Source: Hyperthermus butylicus DSM 5456 (GTDB taxonomy: Archaea; Thermoproteota; Thermoprotei_A; Sulfolobales; Pyrodictiaceae). From it: 32,000 nt of DNA. The first letter of the stretch is position 1. Every line of letters begins with the position of its first letter. The notes below the pieces were generated by a model, which was not told where the DNA came from, ran no database searches, and saw only the letters and a list, made by a program, of their open reading frames with translations. This document shows, one piece after another, positions 9,408 through 18,393 of this stretch. The DNA lies in assembly GCF_000015145.1 (NCBI RefSeq), contig NC_008818.1, positions 30,001 through 62,000 of the forward strand, written 5' to 3'. The translations under genes were made by a program, and so were the position numbers.

Positions 9408-9432
9408 AGATAGCTGAGCAGATCAGCTATCT
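9408..9432. repeat. Perfect inverted repeat (10-bp arms, 5-nt loop)
   Basis: AGATAGCTGA-gcaga-TCAGCTATCT, just upstream of the 8950-9393 gene. Confidence 0.9.
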
Positions 9433-9593
9433 AGTGCAATGCACGTACCCTCCTACTAGCCAGGTATCTGACTGAACCCGTATAATATATCCATCGTGTC
9501 AAGCTGAAAGTGATACAAGCCTTATGCTGCCGGGAGGAGAAGGCAAGCTGAGGCAAATAGCTCGAATACACAAAGAGAGGGTATCTGGGGCTT

Positions 9594-9992
9594 TTACTGC
9601 CTTACAACTCTCACGGTAGCTATTGAGTTATCAGCTATACCATACTCTGGCAGTTTTTCGCCGTTAACCCAGACCTCATTCACAGGAACGGAGTCGTCAG
9701 TTTCGACCTTGTAGCGGAACCGGTGCCTACCTGCAACAACAACCTCTATGTACTCTCCTTCGCCGAGCTCGCGGAGAAGCTGCGGGTTGACCTTTGCGGT
9801 ACCCTCACGTAGCTCGTCATGGAATCTCAGCCTTACCCTACGTTCTCGCGGCTTCTTTTCTCTTCCAAGGAGCTGTGATGCTGGCGGAATTAGCGCAAGT
9901 GCACTCCTAATATCTATCTTTTTCTTTGGTACGACCTCCTCTTCTCTTCGCTCTTCAGCCTGCTTCTGCTCGATCTTAGGCTCCTCACTCAA
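9594..9992 (-). CDS. Conserved hypothetical protein with charged N-terminus and beta-rich C-terminal domain
   Basis: ORF with archaeal-like composition: RRVRLRFHDELREGTAKVNPQLLRELGEGEYIEVVVAGRHRFRYKV. Confidence 0.6.
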   Translation of the reverse strand: MSEEPKIEQKQAEERREEEVVPKKKIDIRSALALIPPASQLLGREKKPRERRVRLRFHDELREGTAKVNPQLLRELGEGEYIEVVVAGRHRFRYKVETDDSVPVNEVWVNGEKLPEYGIADNSIATVRVVRQ

Positions 9993-10062
9993 AGGGAGCC
10001 TACACCTCGCCCCCTAGTTATTCCAAGTTACTATAGCACATCAGCTAGGACTACATAAATAG

Positions 10063-11859
10063 TTAGCTTTTAGTCTCTACGCCAGCGTCAACAATGGTTC
10101 CGAGTTCCTCTATGTCAGCGCCATTTAGGAATCTTCTAAGTGCATCTACTAGCTTGTCAATGCTAACTCTTACTTGCTTCCAGGTGTCCCTATCCCTTAG
10201 CGTAACAGTGTTGTCCTCTAGTGTCTGGTAGTCTACGGTTACAGCAACTGGTACTCCGATCTCGTCAACCCTTGCATATCTCTTACCAATACTGCCATCG
10301 TCATCATAGACTGGGTAGAAGCCGGCATCGAGTACTATTCTAAACACCTCCTTAGCCTTAGCTACGAGTTTCTCGTCCCGCGTCAGCGGAAACACTGCAA
10401 CCTCTATCGGAGCCAGGTACCTTGGAAGGCTAAGTATAGTCCTACCATCTCGCTCTCGATGGGCGTAGTCAAGCGTTACTAGTAACAGCCTCTCAACACC
10501 AAATGATGGTTCTACGACGTGTGGTAGGAATCTCTTCCCGGTAACCTTCTCCTCCTTCTCAATAATCTTAACACGGTCAGCCGGTATCCTAACCTCAGCA
10601 ACCTCTATGAAGCCCTTCTCTGCTAGCTCCTTCTCAGCACTCTCTGGGTCAAGCTCCTGTAGTGCTTGGAGAACCTTCTTGGCTTTCTCTCGGTATGTCT
10701 TTCCAAGCCATGCCCTGTCAACGAATATCATTTTGCGTTTAACGATTACCGGCTCCCTGTACTGTTTGAAGACTCTTAGGTCCTGGCCGCTATGCTTCAT
10801 GTGGCGTGAGAGGTCGTAGTCGGTTCGGTAGGAGTGTCCGGAGACCTCTATCCAGCCAAACCTGCTAACCCTTACGAGCTGGTCGAAGGTCTGGGCAGAG
10901 TAGTGTGCCCTCTCTTCTGGCGGCTTTTCCTCGAAGTACATGTTCTGCTCCGGCACGCCTAGTGCTTTGATAAAGTCTCTGGCAACAGCCATCCAGTATG
11001 CCAGCCAGGGATTAGCAACGATGCGCTCCTCTACAAGCTCTGAGACCTTGTACTCGGAAGGCTCATCAGCACCCTTCTCCTTTTCCTCTGCGCGTAAGAT
11101 ACGAAGCTTTGTATCTCCAACCCTTCCGAGAAGTTCGTCGAGAAGGCCGTTGTGTCCTGGATCCTCGGGATCAAAGAAGAACTCCATCTCGGCTATCGTG
11201 AACTCTCTAAGCCTTATCATTCCTTGTCTTGGTGATATCTCGTTCCTAGCTACTCGTCCTATTTGCGCTATGCCCAGGGGAAGTCTCTGCCTCATAGCCT
11301 CGTAGACTCTCTTAAACGCGACAAACATACCTTGTGCATTCTCAGGCCTAAGGTAGCCAACATTCTCACTATAGGGGCCAATAGTGGTCTTGAATAGTAG
11401 GTTAAATTTCTTGACCTCGCCTAGTTCGCCACCGCAGACTGGGCAGCGGATATCATGCTCTCTTATGAGCCGTGTCATCTCCTCTATGCTCAGTCCCTCA
11501 GCCTTAATGCCAAGCTTCTCTTCTATGAGATGATCAGCCCTAAACTTCCTGCCGCAACGCCGGCACTCCACGATGGGATCAGTGAAGTGCTCAAGGTGTC
11601 CGCTAGCCTCGAAAACTCTTGACGGAGCTATTATGGGCGTCTCGATCTCTACCACGAAGCCTGCGTGGCGGCGGATGAAGAAGTCGCGCCAGAGCTGTAA
11701 AATCTTCTCCTTAAGCCTCACACCGAGAGGGCCGAGATCGTAGAAGCCAGCTACACCACCGTATATCTCGTAGCTTGGCCAGAAGAACCCTCGTCGAATA
11801 GCTAGGTCTACAAGCTTCTCATACTTGTCAACAGGCTTAGCCATCGTTGCAACCCTCAC
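10063..11859 (-). CDS. glyS: Glycyl-tRNA synthetase (archaeal/eukaryotic class II type)
   Basis: RRGFFWPSYEIYGGVAGFYDLGPLGVRLKEKI, RPENAQGMFVAFKR, QIGRVARNEISPRQGMIRLREFTIAEMEFF and PHVVEPSFGVERLLL. Confidence 0.97.
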   Translation of the reverse strand: MRVATMAKPVDKYEKLVDLAIRRGFFWPSYEIYGGVAGFYDLGPLGVRLKEKILQLWRDFFIRRHAGFVVEIETPIIAPSRVFEASGHLEHFTDPIVECRRCGRKFRADHLIEEKLGIKAEGLSIEEMTRLIREHDIRCPVCGGELGEVKKFNLLFKTTIGPYSENVGYLRPENAQGMFVAFKRVYEAMRQRLPLGIAQIGRVARNEISPRQGMIRLREFTIAEMEFFFDPEDPGHNGLLDELLGRVGDTKLRILRAEEKEKGADEPSEYKVSELVEERIVANPWLAYWMAVARDFIKALGVPEQNMYFEEKPPEERAHYSAQTFDQLVRVSRFGWIEVSGHSYRTDYDLSRHMKHSGQDLRVFKQYREPVIVKRKMIFVDRAWLGKTYREKAKKVLQALQELDPESAEKELAEKGFIEVAEVRIPADRVKIIEKEEKVTGKRFLPHVVEPSFGVERLLLVTLDYAHRERDGRTILSLPRYLAPIEVAVFPLTRDEKLVAKAKEVFRIVLDAGFYPVYDDDGSIGKRYARVDEIGVPVAVTVDYQTLEDNTVTLRDRDTWKQVRVSIDKLVDALRRFLNGADIEELGTIVDAGVETKS

Positions 11860-11952
11860 CCAGCAAGAGCCCTTTACACGCGGATATATTACTCGCCCCC
11901 GTCTAGTAAAGCCAATGCACGCAACGAGGCTCCTAGGGGTGCATAGTAGGCC

Positions 11953-12891
11953 ATGGGTATAGCTGAACTATATCTCTCAAGGAGCAGCCTCCTCTTTGGC
12001 GGCGTTGAGGTGCCGCTAGAGCGGGCTGAGGCAGTTATTGTTGGTGTACCATTTGACTATACGTCAAGCTACCGGCCTGGCTCGCGCTTTGCCCCCCGTG
12101 CGATAAGAGAGGCAGCTGCAAACATAGAATTCTATTCGCTGAGAGCGAATCTTGACGTGGAAAATATAGGTATAAGCGATCTAGGCGACATAGCAGTATC
12201 ATCGCAGCCCCTTGAAACATTGCAGCGTATCGAGCAGGTGACAAGAGAACTGCTCGAGAATATGCAAGATAAGCTGCTAATAGTGCTCGGTGGTGAACAT
12301 ACAATAACGCTTGGTGTTGCCAAGGCCCTAGCAGCTACAAGGGAGCAACCACTATGCCTCATAGTCTTTGATGCCCACCTCGATCTCCGACAGGAGTACA
12401 TGGGCGAGAAATACTCGCATGCTAGTGTCATGAGGAGAGTTGTTGAGCAAGTAACCAGCAACATATTCTACATCGGTGCCAGAGCATTTACAAGCGAGGA
12501 GTTTTCGTATATGCGCAGCCACGGCTTACAAATGGTAACCCCACAGCAAGCCCGGCTCCTAGGGCTAGCTGAGATCGTACGGAGAATCCGTAACTGGGCT
12601 AAATCCAGTGAGTGCAAAACGCTATACATAAGCTTCGACATAGACGCATACGACCCTGCCTATGCACCCGGCGCAGCAAATCCCGAACCTGACGGGCTGG
12701 AAACTTGGCTTGCACTAGAACTCCTACACCGTATCATAATCGAGGTACCGGCAACCATTGCAGTCTTTGACTTAGTAGAGGTCTCACCACCCTACGACTG
12801 CTCCTGGATAACGAGCATACTAGCAGCAAAAACAGTGGTAGAAGCCATAGCCGCAAACCATGTAGCGCGCCGAGCAGCTAGACAGCCTTGA
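11953..12891 (+). CDS. speB: Agmatinase/arginase-family ureohydrolase
   Basis: LGGEHTITLG, FDAHLDLRQEY, SFDIDAYDPAYAPG and FDLVEVSPPYD metal-binding motifs. Confidence 0.92.
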   Translation: MGIAELYLSRSSLLFGGVEVPLERAEAVIVGVPFDYTSSYRPGSRFAPRAIREAAANIEFYSLRANLDVENIGISDLGDIAVSSQPLETLQRIEQVTRELLENMQDKLLIVLGGEHTITLGVAKALAATREQPLCLIVFDAHLDLRQEYMGEKYSHASVMRRVVEQVTSNIFYIGARAFTSEEFSYMRSHGLQMVTPQQARLLGLAEIVRRIRNWAKSSECKTLYISFDIDAYDPAYAPGAANPEPDGLETWLALELLHRIIIEVPATIAVFDLVEVSPPYDCSWITSILAAKTVVEAIAANHVARRAARQP

Positions 12892-13081
12892 CGAGCTTTC
12901 TACCCGGAGGCCTAACCTTGTATACAACCCTATAGCCACAGTAGGGACACTTAATCGTAGGCATATACTCTAGGTCGAGGGCGCTAAACTCCATGCCACA
13001 CCTGCCGCACTTGTAGCGTATCAGCGACTTATCCTCTATAACGCCATACTCGCCCGCTTCACGTGGCTCATAAAGCTCCAT
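12878..13081 (-). CDS. rpoP: DNA-directed RNA polymerase subunit P (Rpb12-like)
   Basis: IRYKCGRCGMEFSALDLEYMPTIKCPYCGYRVVYKVRPPGRKLVKAV. The track ORF extends to 13279; start chosen at MELYEPREAG. Confidence 0.85.
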   Translation of the reverse strand: MELYEPREAGEYGVIEDKSLIRYKCGRCGMEFSALDLEYMPTIKCPYCGYRVVYKVRPPGRKLVKAV

Positions 13082-13199
13082 AACTTGCACCCGGTAGGGT
13101 GGTAAGCTGGCCCCGAAATCCTTATAAGAATAGCTCTGGGGGGAGGTGCTGACTGGACACAAAGCGTAGAGACAACGCTTGAAGGGTAGGTATACTCCC

Positions 13200-13511
13200 A
13201 TGAGCGGGGAACTATCCTCGATATGTGGCGGACTTCCCCCAGAGCTGTGCGAGCAGCTTGCACGTGAACAGCAAATCATAAAGATAAAGCTCGAGAAGAG
13301 ACGCTACGGCCGCGAAGTAACAATCATAGAGGGCCTTGACGAGCGTGAGGTTAACCTGAAAAAGCTAGCCTCTGAACTCAAGTCTAGGCTAGCAACCGGC
13401 GGAACATACAAGAATGGTAGGATCGAACTCCAAGGAGACCATCGTCACCGCGTAAAGGAGATACTTGTTGAGATGGGGTTCCCGGAGGAAAACATAATAA
13501 TAGTAGAGTAG
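13200..13511 (+). CDS. Translation initiation factor aIF1 (SUI1 family)
   Basis: [20 protein letters not shown]...[48 protein letters not shown]. Start at MSGELSS (track ORF starts 13179). Confidence 0.92.
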   Translation: MSGELSSICGGLPPELCEQLAREQQIIKIKLEKRRYGREVTIIEGLDEREVNLKKLASELKSRLATGGTYKNGRIELQGDHRHRVKEILVEMGFPEENIIIVE

Positions 13512-13726
13512 TAATAGTAGAGTAGTGATGTAGCGGCAGCATAGCTATACGTGCAGCCTAGCTGTTTTGTCGCTATATTAGGTAATGCTCAAGCCCTGGT
13601 GGTGGCTGGGCAAGCTTCATAGTTCCTGCAGGCTTACAATGCAATGTTTTCCGACGGTTGGCTCGCGACATTCCACAAGCTCCATGCTGTGTTATGATTG
13701 GGTGTGAGAGTGAGCTGTGACTAAAA

Positions 13727-13735
13727 GCTTATAAA
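13727..13735 (+). promoter_or_regulatory. TATA box of tfb (near-leaderless transcript predicted)
   Basis: GCTTATAAA centred about 23-26 nt upstream of the ATG at 13754. Confidence 0.6.
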
Positions 13736-13753
13736 CCCCTACTAAGGAATAGG

Positions 13754-14776
13754 ATGTGTTGGGCTTTAAAGGGTTTCGGGCCATACCCCCCGGGGTACTA
13801 TGCTGTTGGGTGGGGCTACGTGTTTGAGGAAGGTTATACCCCCGTAGAGGGGGGAGAGGAGAGCGAGGCAAAAGAAGGTATCGGGGATCGGTGCCCCCCA
13901 GAATATATTGTATTCGATGAGGAGAGAGGCGAGTATATCTGCACGCTTACTGGCGAAGTTGTAGAAGATACTGTTATCGATACTGGGCCGGAATGGCGTG
14001 CCTATACCCCAGAGGAGAAGACGAAACGTAGTCGTGTCGGTAGCCCACTGACACACACGCTTCCAGACTATGGTGTTCTCACAACTATCTCTGGCTACCG
14101 TGACGCCACTGGACGGAAGCTCGAGGCTAGGCTGCGTATAGAGGCTAGTAGGCTGCGCAGACTACAAGCCAAGCTGCGTGCAACAACTAGCATTGAGAAG
14201 AACATTGAGCAGGCTGCTAGGGAGATTACTCGCCTCATTGAGGCGCTCAACCTGCCCCGTAGCGTGATAGACACTGCCATGATGATCTATAGACAAGCTG
14301 CAGAGAAGGGTCTTGTGCGTGGCAGAAGCCTAGAATCCATGGCTGCGGCAGCTGTCTATGCAGCTTGCAGGATTAGGGGTATACCTAGGAGCATTGACGA
14401 CATAGCAGAGCTTGTGAAGGGCGGTAGGAAGGAGGTTGCTAGGTGCTACAGGCTCATAGTGAGAGAGTTAAGGCTCCGCATGCCGATAGTGGATCCGGTA
14501 CGCTACGTATCAAGGATAACTTCAGCTCTTCGGCTGAGCCCGGCGGTTGAAAAGAGGGCTGCTGAGATCCTAATCAGGGCTCGCAAGATGGGGCTTACGG
14601 CAGGCAAGGATCCAGCTGGCCTTGCAGCAGCGGCGATATACATCGCCGCTCTTGAACTCGGCGAGAGGAGGACACAGAAGGAGATAGCTGCAGCAGCGGG
14701 TGTAACCGAGGTAACTGTTAGGAACCGCTACAAGGAGCTAGTCCAGAAGCTCAATATAACCCTTCCAGCACAGTAG
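13754..14776 (+). CDS. tfb: Transcription initiation factor B (TFIIB homologue)
   Basis: GEYICTLTGEVVEDTVIDTGPEWRAYTPEEKTKRSRVGSP, two cyclin-like repeats and a TQKEIAAAAGVTEVTVRNRYKEL C-terminus. Confidence 0.95.
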   Translation: MCWALKGFGPYPPGYYAVGWGYVFEEGYTPVEGGEESEAKEGIGDRCPPEYIVFDEERGEYICTLTGEVVEDTVIDTGPEWRAYTPEEKTKRSRVGSPLTHTLPDYGVLTTISGYRDATGRKLEARLRIEASRLRRLQAKLRATTSIEKNIEQAAREITRLIEALNLPRSVIDTAMMIYRQAAEKGLVRGRSLESMAAAAVYAACRIRGIPRSIDDIAELVKGGRKEVARCYRLIVRELRLRMPIVDPVRYVSRITSALRLSPAVEKRAAEILIRARKMGLTAGKDPAGLAAAAIYIAALELGERRTQKEIAAAAGVTEVTVRNRYKELVQKLNITLPAQ

Positions 14777-14859
14777 CTTGGACACTACTCAAGCCTCCGG
14801 TAGCTAGGTTTTTCCCTCCTCCAGGCCCCCAGGCCCTGTTACCGGGTGTGTTCTAGCCC

Positions 14860-16557
14860 TTGGCCGTGGAGTTTGTACAAGACGTTAGGCAGGCTAGGTT
14901 TCTCCGTGAACCAGTAGTCGAATCCCGGGGCGAGCTAAAGCATTGGATTGACGCGTTGGCCGACTGGCTAGAGGAGAGACTACGGGCCCGTGGCAAGGAG
15001 GTCTACGTCTTCAATGGAGGATTGTCTGTGTCCGGTCTTCAGCACGTTGGTAGGCTGAGGGGCGAAGTGATTATACTAGAGACACTGCGCCGCATACTCT
15101 CCCAAAGAGGGCTTAGGATAAAGCAGTACCTCACTCTCTACACACAGGATGCGTGGAAGGGCAAGGATAGTCAACTCAAAGCGTTCCCCAACCCCGAGGA
15201 GGCCCGCCGGTACACCGGCTGGCCCCTCATAAGGGTACCTGACCCTAAGGGCGAGCTTAGGAGTTGGGTTGACAGGTTCTGGCTTGACTTTGGTCCCTAC
15301 ATACCAGAGTTTACTGACGGCCAAGTGGAGGTTGTAACTACGACCGAACTCTACCGTGGTAAGCTGCTGGAGTTCGTGAAGATGTCTGTGGAGAGGCGTG
15401 AGGAGGTACGACGAGTCATAAACAGGTACCGTGGTAGAAAGCCGTATCCAGAAGGCTGGATACCATTTGAAGCAATATGCGCTAGGTGTGGCAGGATAGA
15501 CAGTACCGAGGCTCTCGAGGTCGATCTTGAGAGGGAGATGGTACGATATCGCTGTAAGCAGTGTGGTCACGAGGGCTGGGCCAAGCTCTGGGATGGGAAG
15601 TTAAACTGGAGGATAGAGTGGGTTGGCGTGTGGTGGGCGCTAGGAGTAGACTTTGAGCCTTACGGAAAAGACCATGCTACACCCGGCGGCAGCAGGGATA
15701 GTGCCAATGAGCTAGCTCGCTTAGTCTACGGCATCGAGCCGCCAGAGGGGCTCCCCTATGAGTGGGTTGCCGTGAAGACCCCGGATGGAGAGGCTGATAT
15801 GAGCAGTAGTGACTTTATAGGATTTACGCCCCGTGAGTGGCTAGAAGTGGCTCACCCGGAGGTCCTAAGGTTCCTCATGCTGAAGACCCCACCCATGAGG
15901 AAGATATCTCTTGGCCTCCACGAGGTGCCACAGTATTACGAACAGTACTACAAGGCTGAACGTGTATACTATGGTGTTGAGACGGCGGGATCTCGTGAGG
16001 AGGACATAGTGCTACGTAGGAGCTACGAGCTAAGCTATACCAGGGCGGGGCCGCCCGAGAAAATGCCTGCCCAGCCACCCTACACACACGTAGCGATTCT
16101 TGCGCAGATACTGCCAGAAAACTTGTGGCGCAGCGAGGCTGTAAAGAGGCTGCAAAGGAGTGGTCACATGCCAGACAATCCGACGAGCTTCGATATAGAG
16201 AGGCTCATGGCCCTACTGCCCCGCGCTAAGAGATGGGCTGAGCGTTACGCCCCCAGCCACATAAGGGTTAAGATACTCGAGGAGTTGCCAGACGATGTCA
16301 GGAGTCGTGTACCAGACTGGGCGCGTAAAGCGCTACGCGAGCTAGGTGAGAAGCTTGCAGTGCTCGAGGAGTGGAGCGAGGACGCCATCAAGAACGTGAT
16401 GATCGAGTTTACACGTGGCTGGGAGCCAGCAAAGAGGAGGGAGTTCTACCGCTACTTCTACCTAGTCTTCGTCGGCCGCGAGAGTGGGCCGAGAGCGGCT
16501 CCACTACTAGCACTGCTGGATCGCGAGTTTGTCGTCAGCAGGCTCTCAAGCATATAA
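14860..16557 (+). CDS. lysS: Lysyl-tRNA synthetase, class I
   Basis: NGGLSVSGLQHVGRLRGE (HIGH-like), YGKDHATPGGSRDSA and ADMSSSDFIGFTPREWLEVAHPEVLRFLMLKTPP (KMSKS-like). TTG start. Confidence 0.95.
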   Translation: MAVEFVQDVRQARFLREPVVESRGELKHWIDALADWLEERLRARGKEVYVFNGGLSVSGLQHVGRLRGEVIILETLRRILSQRGLRIKQYLTLYTQDAWKGKDSQLKAFPNPEEARRYTGWPLIRVPDPKGELRSWVDRFWLDFGPYIPEFTDGQVEVVTTTELYRGKLLEFVKMSVERREEVRRVINRYRGRKPYPEGWIPFEAICARCGRIDSTEALEVDLEREMVRYRCKQCGHEGWAKLWDGKLNWRIEWVGVWWALGVDFEPYGKDHATPGGSRDSANELARLVYGIEPPEGLPYEWVAVKTPDGEADMSSSDFIGFTPREWLEVAHPEVLRFLMLKTPPMRKISLGLHEVPQYYEQYYKAERVYYGVETAGSREEDIVLRRSYELSYTRAGPPEKMPAQPPYTHVAILAQILPENLWRSEAVKRLQRSGHMPDNPTSFDIERLMALLPRAKRWAERYAPSHIRVKILEELPDDVRSRVPDWARKALRELGEKLAVLEEWSEDAIKNVMIEFTRGWEPAKRREFYRYFYLVFVGRESGPRAAPLLALLDREFVVSRLSSI

Positions 16558-16624
16558 CATGTCTTTCACGGGCGTTAAACATTTTTATAGACTCTGGTGT
16601 ATATTCTCTTGCGGGCTGGTAAGT

Positions 16625-17044
16625 GTGAGTGCGCCTCTAACACTTGCAGTCTGTGGGAATATCCCCCAACACAAGCTCAACATAACAGTGGACGCCACAG
16701 CTTCACGCGTGGACATAGCTAGGCTCAAATGCATGCTCAAGTGTGTATTCTCGCTCAGCGAGGAAGAGGCACAAGTACTAACCTACTTGATACTAAGGGG
16801 TAGAGGTGCCATAGCAAAGGACATAGCTGAAGCACTTGGCAGAAATCCTGAAGTTGTACGTCGTGCGCTACGAAGCCTCTACATGCACTCTCTCGTCGTT
16901 AGGAGGCCCTACCCGCTAAGGCGTGGCGGCAGGGCATACCTCTACGAGGTACCTGAGCATATTGTGGAGGCTGTAGCGAAGCTGTGTAGGGAGGTTCAGG
17001 AGCTAGACGAGCTAGTTAAAAGTAGAGGAAATGGTAAAGGCTAG
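16625..17044 (+). CDS. Winged-helix transcriptional regulator (TrmB/MarR-like HTH)
   Basis: LSEEEAQVLTYLILRGRGAIAKDIAEALGRNPEVVRRALRSLYMHSLVVRRPYPLRRGGRAYLYEV. The GTG start at 16625 lies downstream of a TATA-like CATTTTTATAG. The track ORF starts at 16529, inside lysS. Confidence 0.7.
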   Translation: MSAPLTLAVCGNIPQHKLNITVDATASRVDIARLKCMLKCVFSLSEEEAQVLTYLILRGRGAIAKDIAEALGRNPEVVRRALRSLYMHSLVVRRPYPLRRGGRAYLYEVPEHIVEAVAKLCREVQELDELVKSRGNGKG

Positions 17045-17919
17045 GAACCTCTGCCTTCCAGTAGCCTTATCCCGCCAAGCCCTATAAGGGTGTAGTGGCG
17101 TAGCCCGCTATAGAACCTTGTCTCTACACCCCTCTCCCGGAGCCTCCTGTCAACCTCCTCCATAGATAGGTCTGTCAGCCTGTACTTGTCAGAGGCGAAT
17201 ACGAAGCTGTTAACATACATGAACGATGGCACCCACACACCATATTCCTCAGCGTGCGCGAATAGGCTCTTGACAGAGCCGTACACCTTCTCAAACGCTT
17301 CTGGGAAGAGTGCGGCGCAGCCAGCCTGAGTCACAAGTATACCATCGCTCCTAAGCACGGACTTAACGAGGCCTATAGCTTCCTTCGTATAGAGCTTAGC
17401 AGCTATCTTCGGGCCAAATGGGTCAGTGAGATCCATTATTATGACGTCGAAGTCTTCTCCTCGTCGTGCTGCCTCCTTTATGTACTCAAAGCCATCCATT
17501 ATGACTACTTGTGCTCTTGGGTCGTCAAAGGCGCCTTGGTGCCACTCTGGAAGATACTCCCGTGCAACCCTAACAACCTCCCCATCAATATCAACCATGA
17601 CGGCCTTCTCAACAGTATTATGCTTCAGAACCTCTCGAAGTGTTGCTCCCTCACCACCACCCAGTATGAGGACACGCCGCGGGTTAGGATGGACCGTCAT
17701 AGCTGGGTGAACGAGTGTCTCGTGGTATATGTGCTCGTCGCTCTCGGTACTCTGTATAAGCCCGTCAAGCACAAGCGTCTTACCGAAGCCGCGTAGAACA
17801 AGAATCATTATCTCCTGGTACTGTGACCTGCCATGGTAAAGGATCTTCTCAACGGGGTAAAGTGCACCGATGGGGCCTCCAGGCTGGTAAATGTTTAGCC
17901 TAAACATTCCCAGCTCCAC
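17041..17919 (-). CDS. speE: Spermidine synthase-like aminopropyltransferase
   Basis: YQEIMI...LVLDGLIQSTESDEHIYHETLVHPAM, VLILGGGEGATLREVLKH and DVIIMDLTDPFGP. Confidence 0.93.
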   Translation of the reverse strand: MELGMFRLNIYQPGGPIGALYPVEKILYHGRSQYQEIMILVLRGFGKTLVLDGLIQSTESDEHIYHETLVHPAMTVHPNPRRVLILGGGEGATLREVLKHNTVEKAVMVDIDGEVVRVAREYLPEWHQGAFDDPRAQVVIMDGFEYIKEAARRGEDFDVIIMDLTDPFGPKIAAKLYTKEAIGLVKSVLRSDGILVTQAGCAALFPEAFEKVYGSVKSLFAHAEEYGVWVPSFMYVNSFVFASDKYRLTDLSMEEVDRRLRERGVETRFYSGLRHYTLIGLGGIRLLEGRGS

Positions 17920-17993
17920 AGCACATACACCCGTAAGCCACCGAAATAGCTAACCATATTAATAAGACTCGGCTAGCAAAACCGCAACCGGAA

Positions 17994-18052
17994 GTGATGA
18001 GGGCCTTTAGGCCAGACCACACAGCCCGGATGAAGAAAGTACCCTCGGCTGA
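17994..18052 (+). ncRNA. Candidate box C/D guide sRNA
   Basis: Perfect C box GTGATGA (17994-18000), 12-nt guide, D'-like CAGA (18013-18016), C'-like CGGATGA (18027-18033), guide, D box CTGA (18049-18052). A TATA-like CATATTAATAAG lies about 30 nt upstream. Total length is 59 nt. Confidence 0.5.
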
Positions 18053-18232
18053 CAACTTGCTGTTAGAATTGCTTCTCGTAATACTTTCACGTATATACCA
18101 TAGAGACTGAAGAGTTAGTGGTGTACTGGCTGCATCTCCAGCGTCTTTACTCGCTACTTCCAAGCAACGCTAAACTGGTGTCAAGACAATATAATGGCGC
18201 GAAGATCTATTGTGGTGATGGAGGAGTAGTGG

Positions 18233-18304
18233 AGCCGCCGGCGGGATTCGAACCCGCGACCACCGGCTTACAAGGCCGGCGCTCTACCGCTGAGCTACGG
18301 CGGC
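18233..18304 (-). tRNA. tRNA-Thr(TGT)
   Basis: Reverse complement GCCGCCGTAGCTCAGCGGTAGAGCGCCGGCCTTGTAAGCCGGTGGTCGCGGGTTCGAATCCCGCCGGCGGCT folds as a cloverleaf. Anticodon loop CTTGTAA, TTCGAAT T-loop, 7-bp acceptor stem, T73, no intron, no encoded CCA. Confidence 0.96.
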
Positions 18305-18367
18305 ACAGTAGCCGTGTAATGATATTCCGGGATGGGTCTGGGTGTTAAGTATTTTATTCTCAGGCTG

Positions 18368-18377
18368 TATTTAAGCT
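18368..18377 (+). promoter_or_regulatory. TATA box upstream of the YkgJ-like gene (leaderless transcript predicted)
   Basis: TATTTAAGC centred about 22-25 nt before the ATG at 18394. Confidence 0.45.
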
Positions 18378-18393
18378 TGGTTTAGGGCATGCC

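Noticed and set aside
9510-9570. Possible box C/D-like RNA (AAGTGATAC...AAGCTGAGG) near the 9408 hairpin.
   Set aside because: The C box diverges from RTGATGA and no C' box with sensible spacing could be found.
13892-13964. TFB zinc ribbon lacks two of the four usual cysteines (CPPE...CTLTG).
   Set aside because: Looks striking, but from memory Sulfolobus TFB1 has the same CPPD...CTETG arrangement, so this is a known crenarchaeal variation.
14860-16557. Class I rather than class II lysyl-tRNA synthetase.
   Set aside because: Expected in many archaea; not novel.
17900-18163. ORF 17900-18163 (-) across the speE/tRNA-Thr intergenic region.
   Set aside because: No domain features, and it overlaps the speE start and the candidate C/D sRNA.
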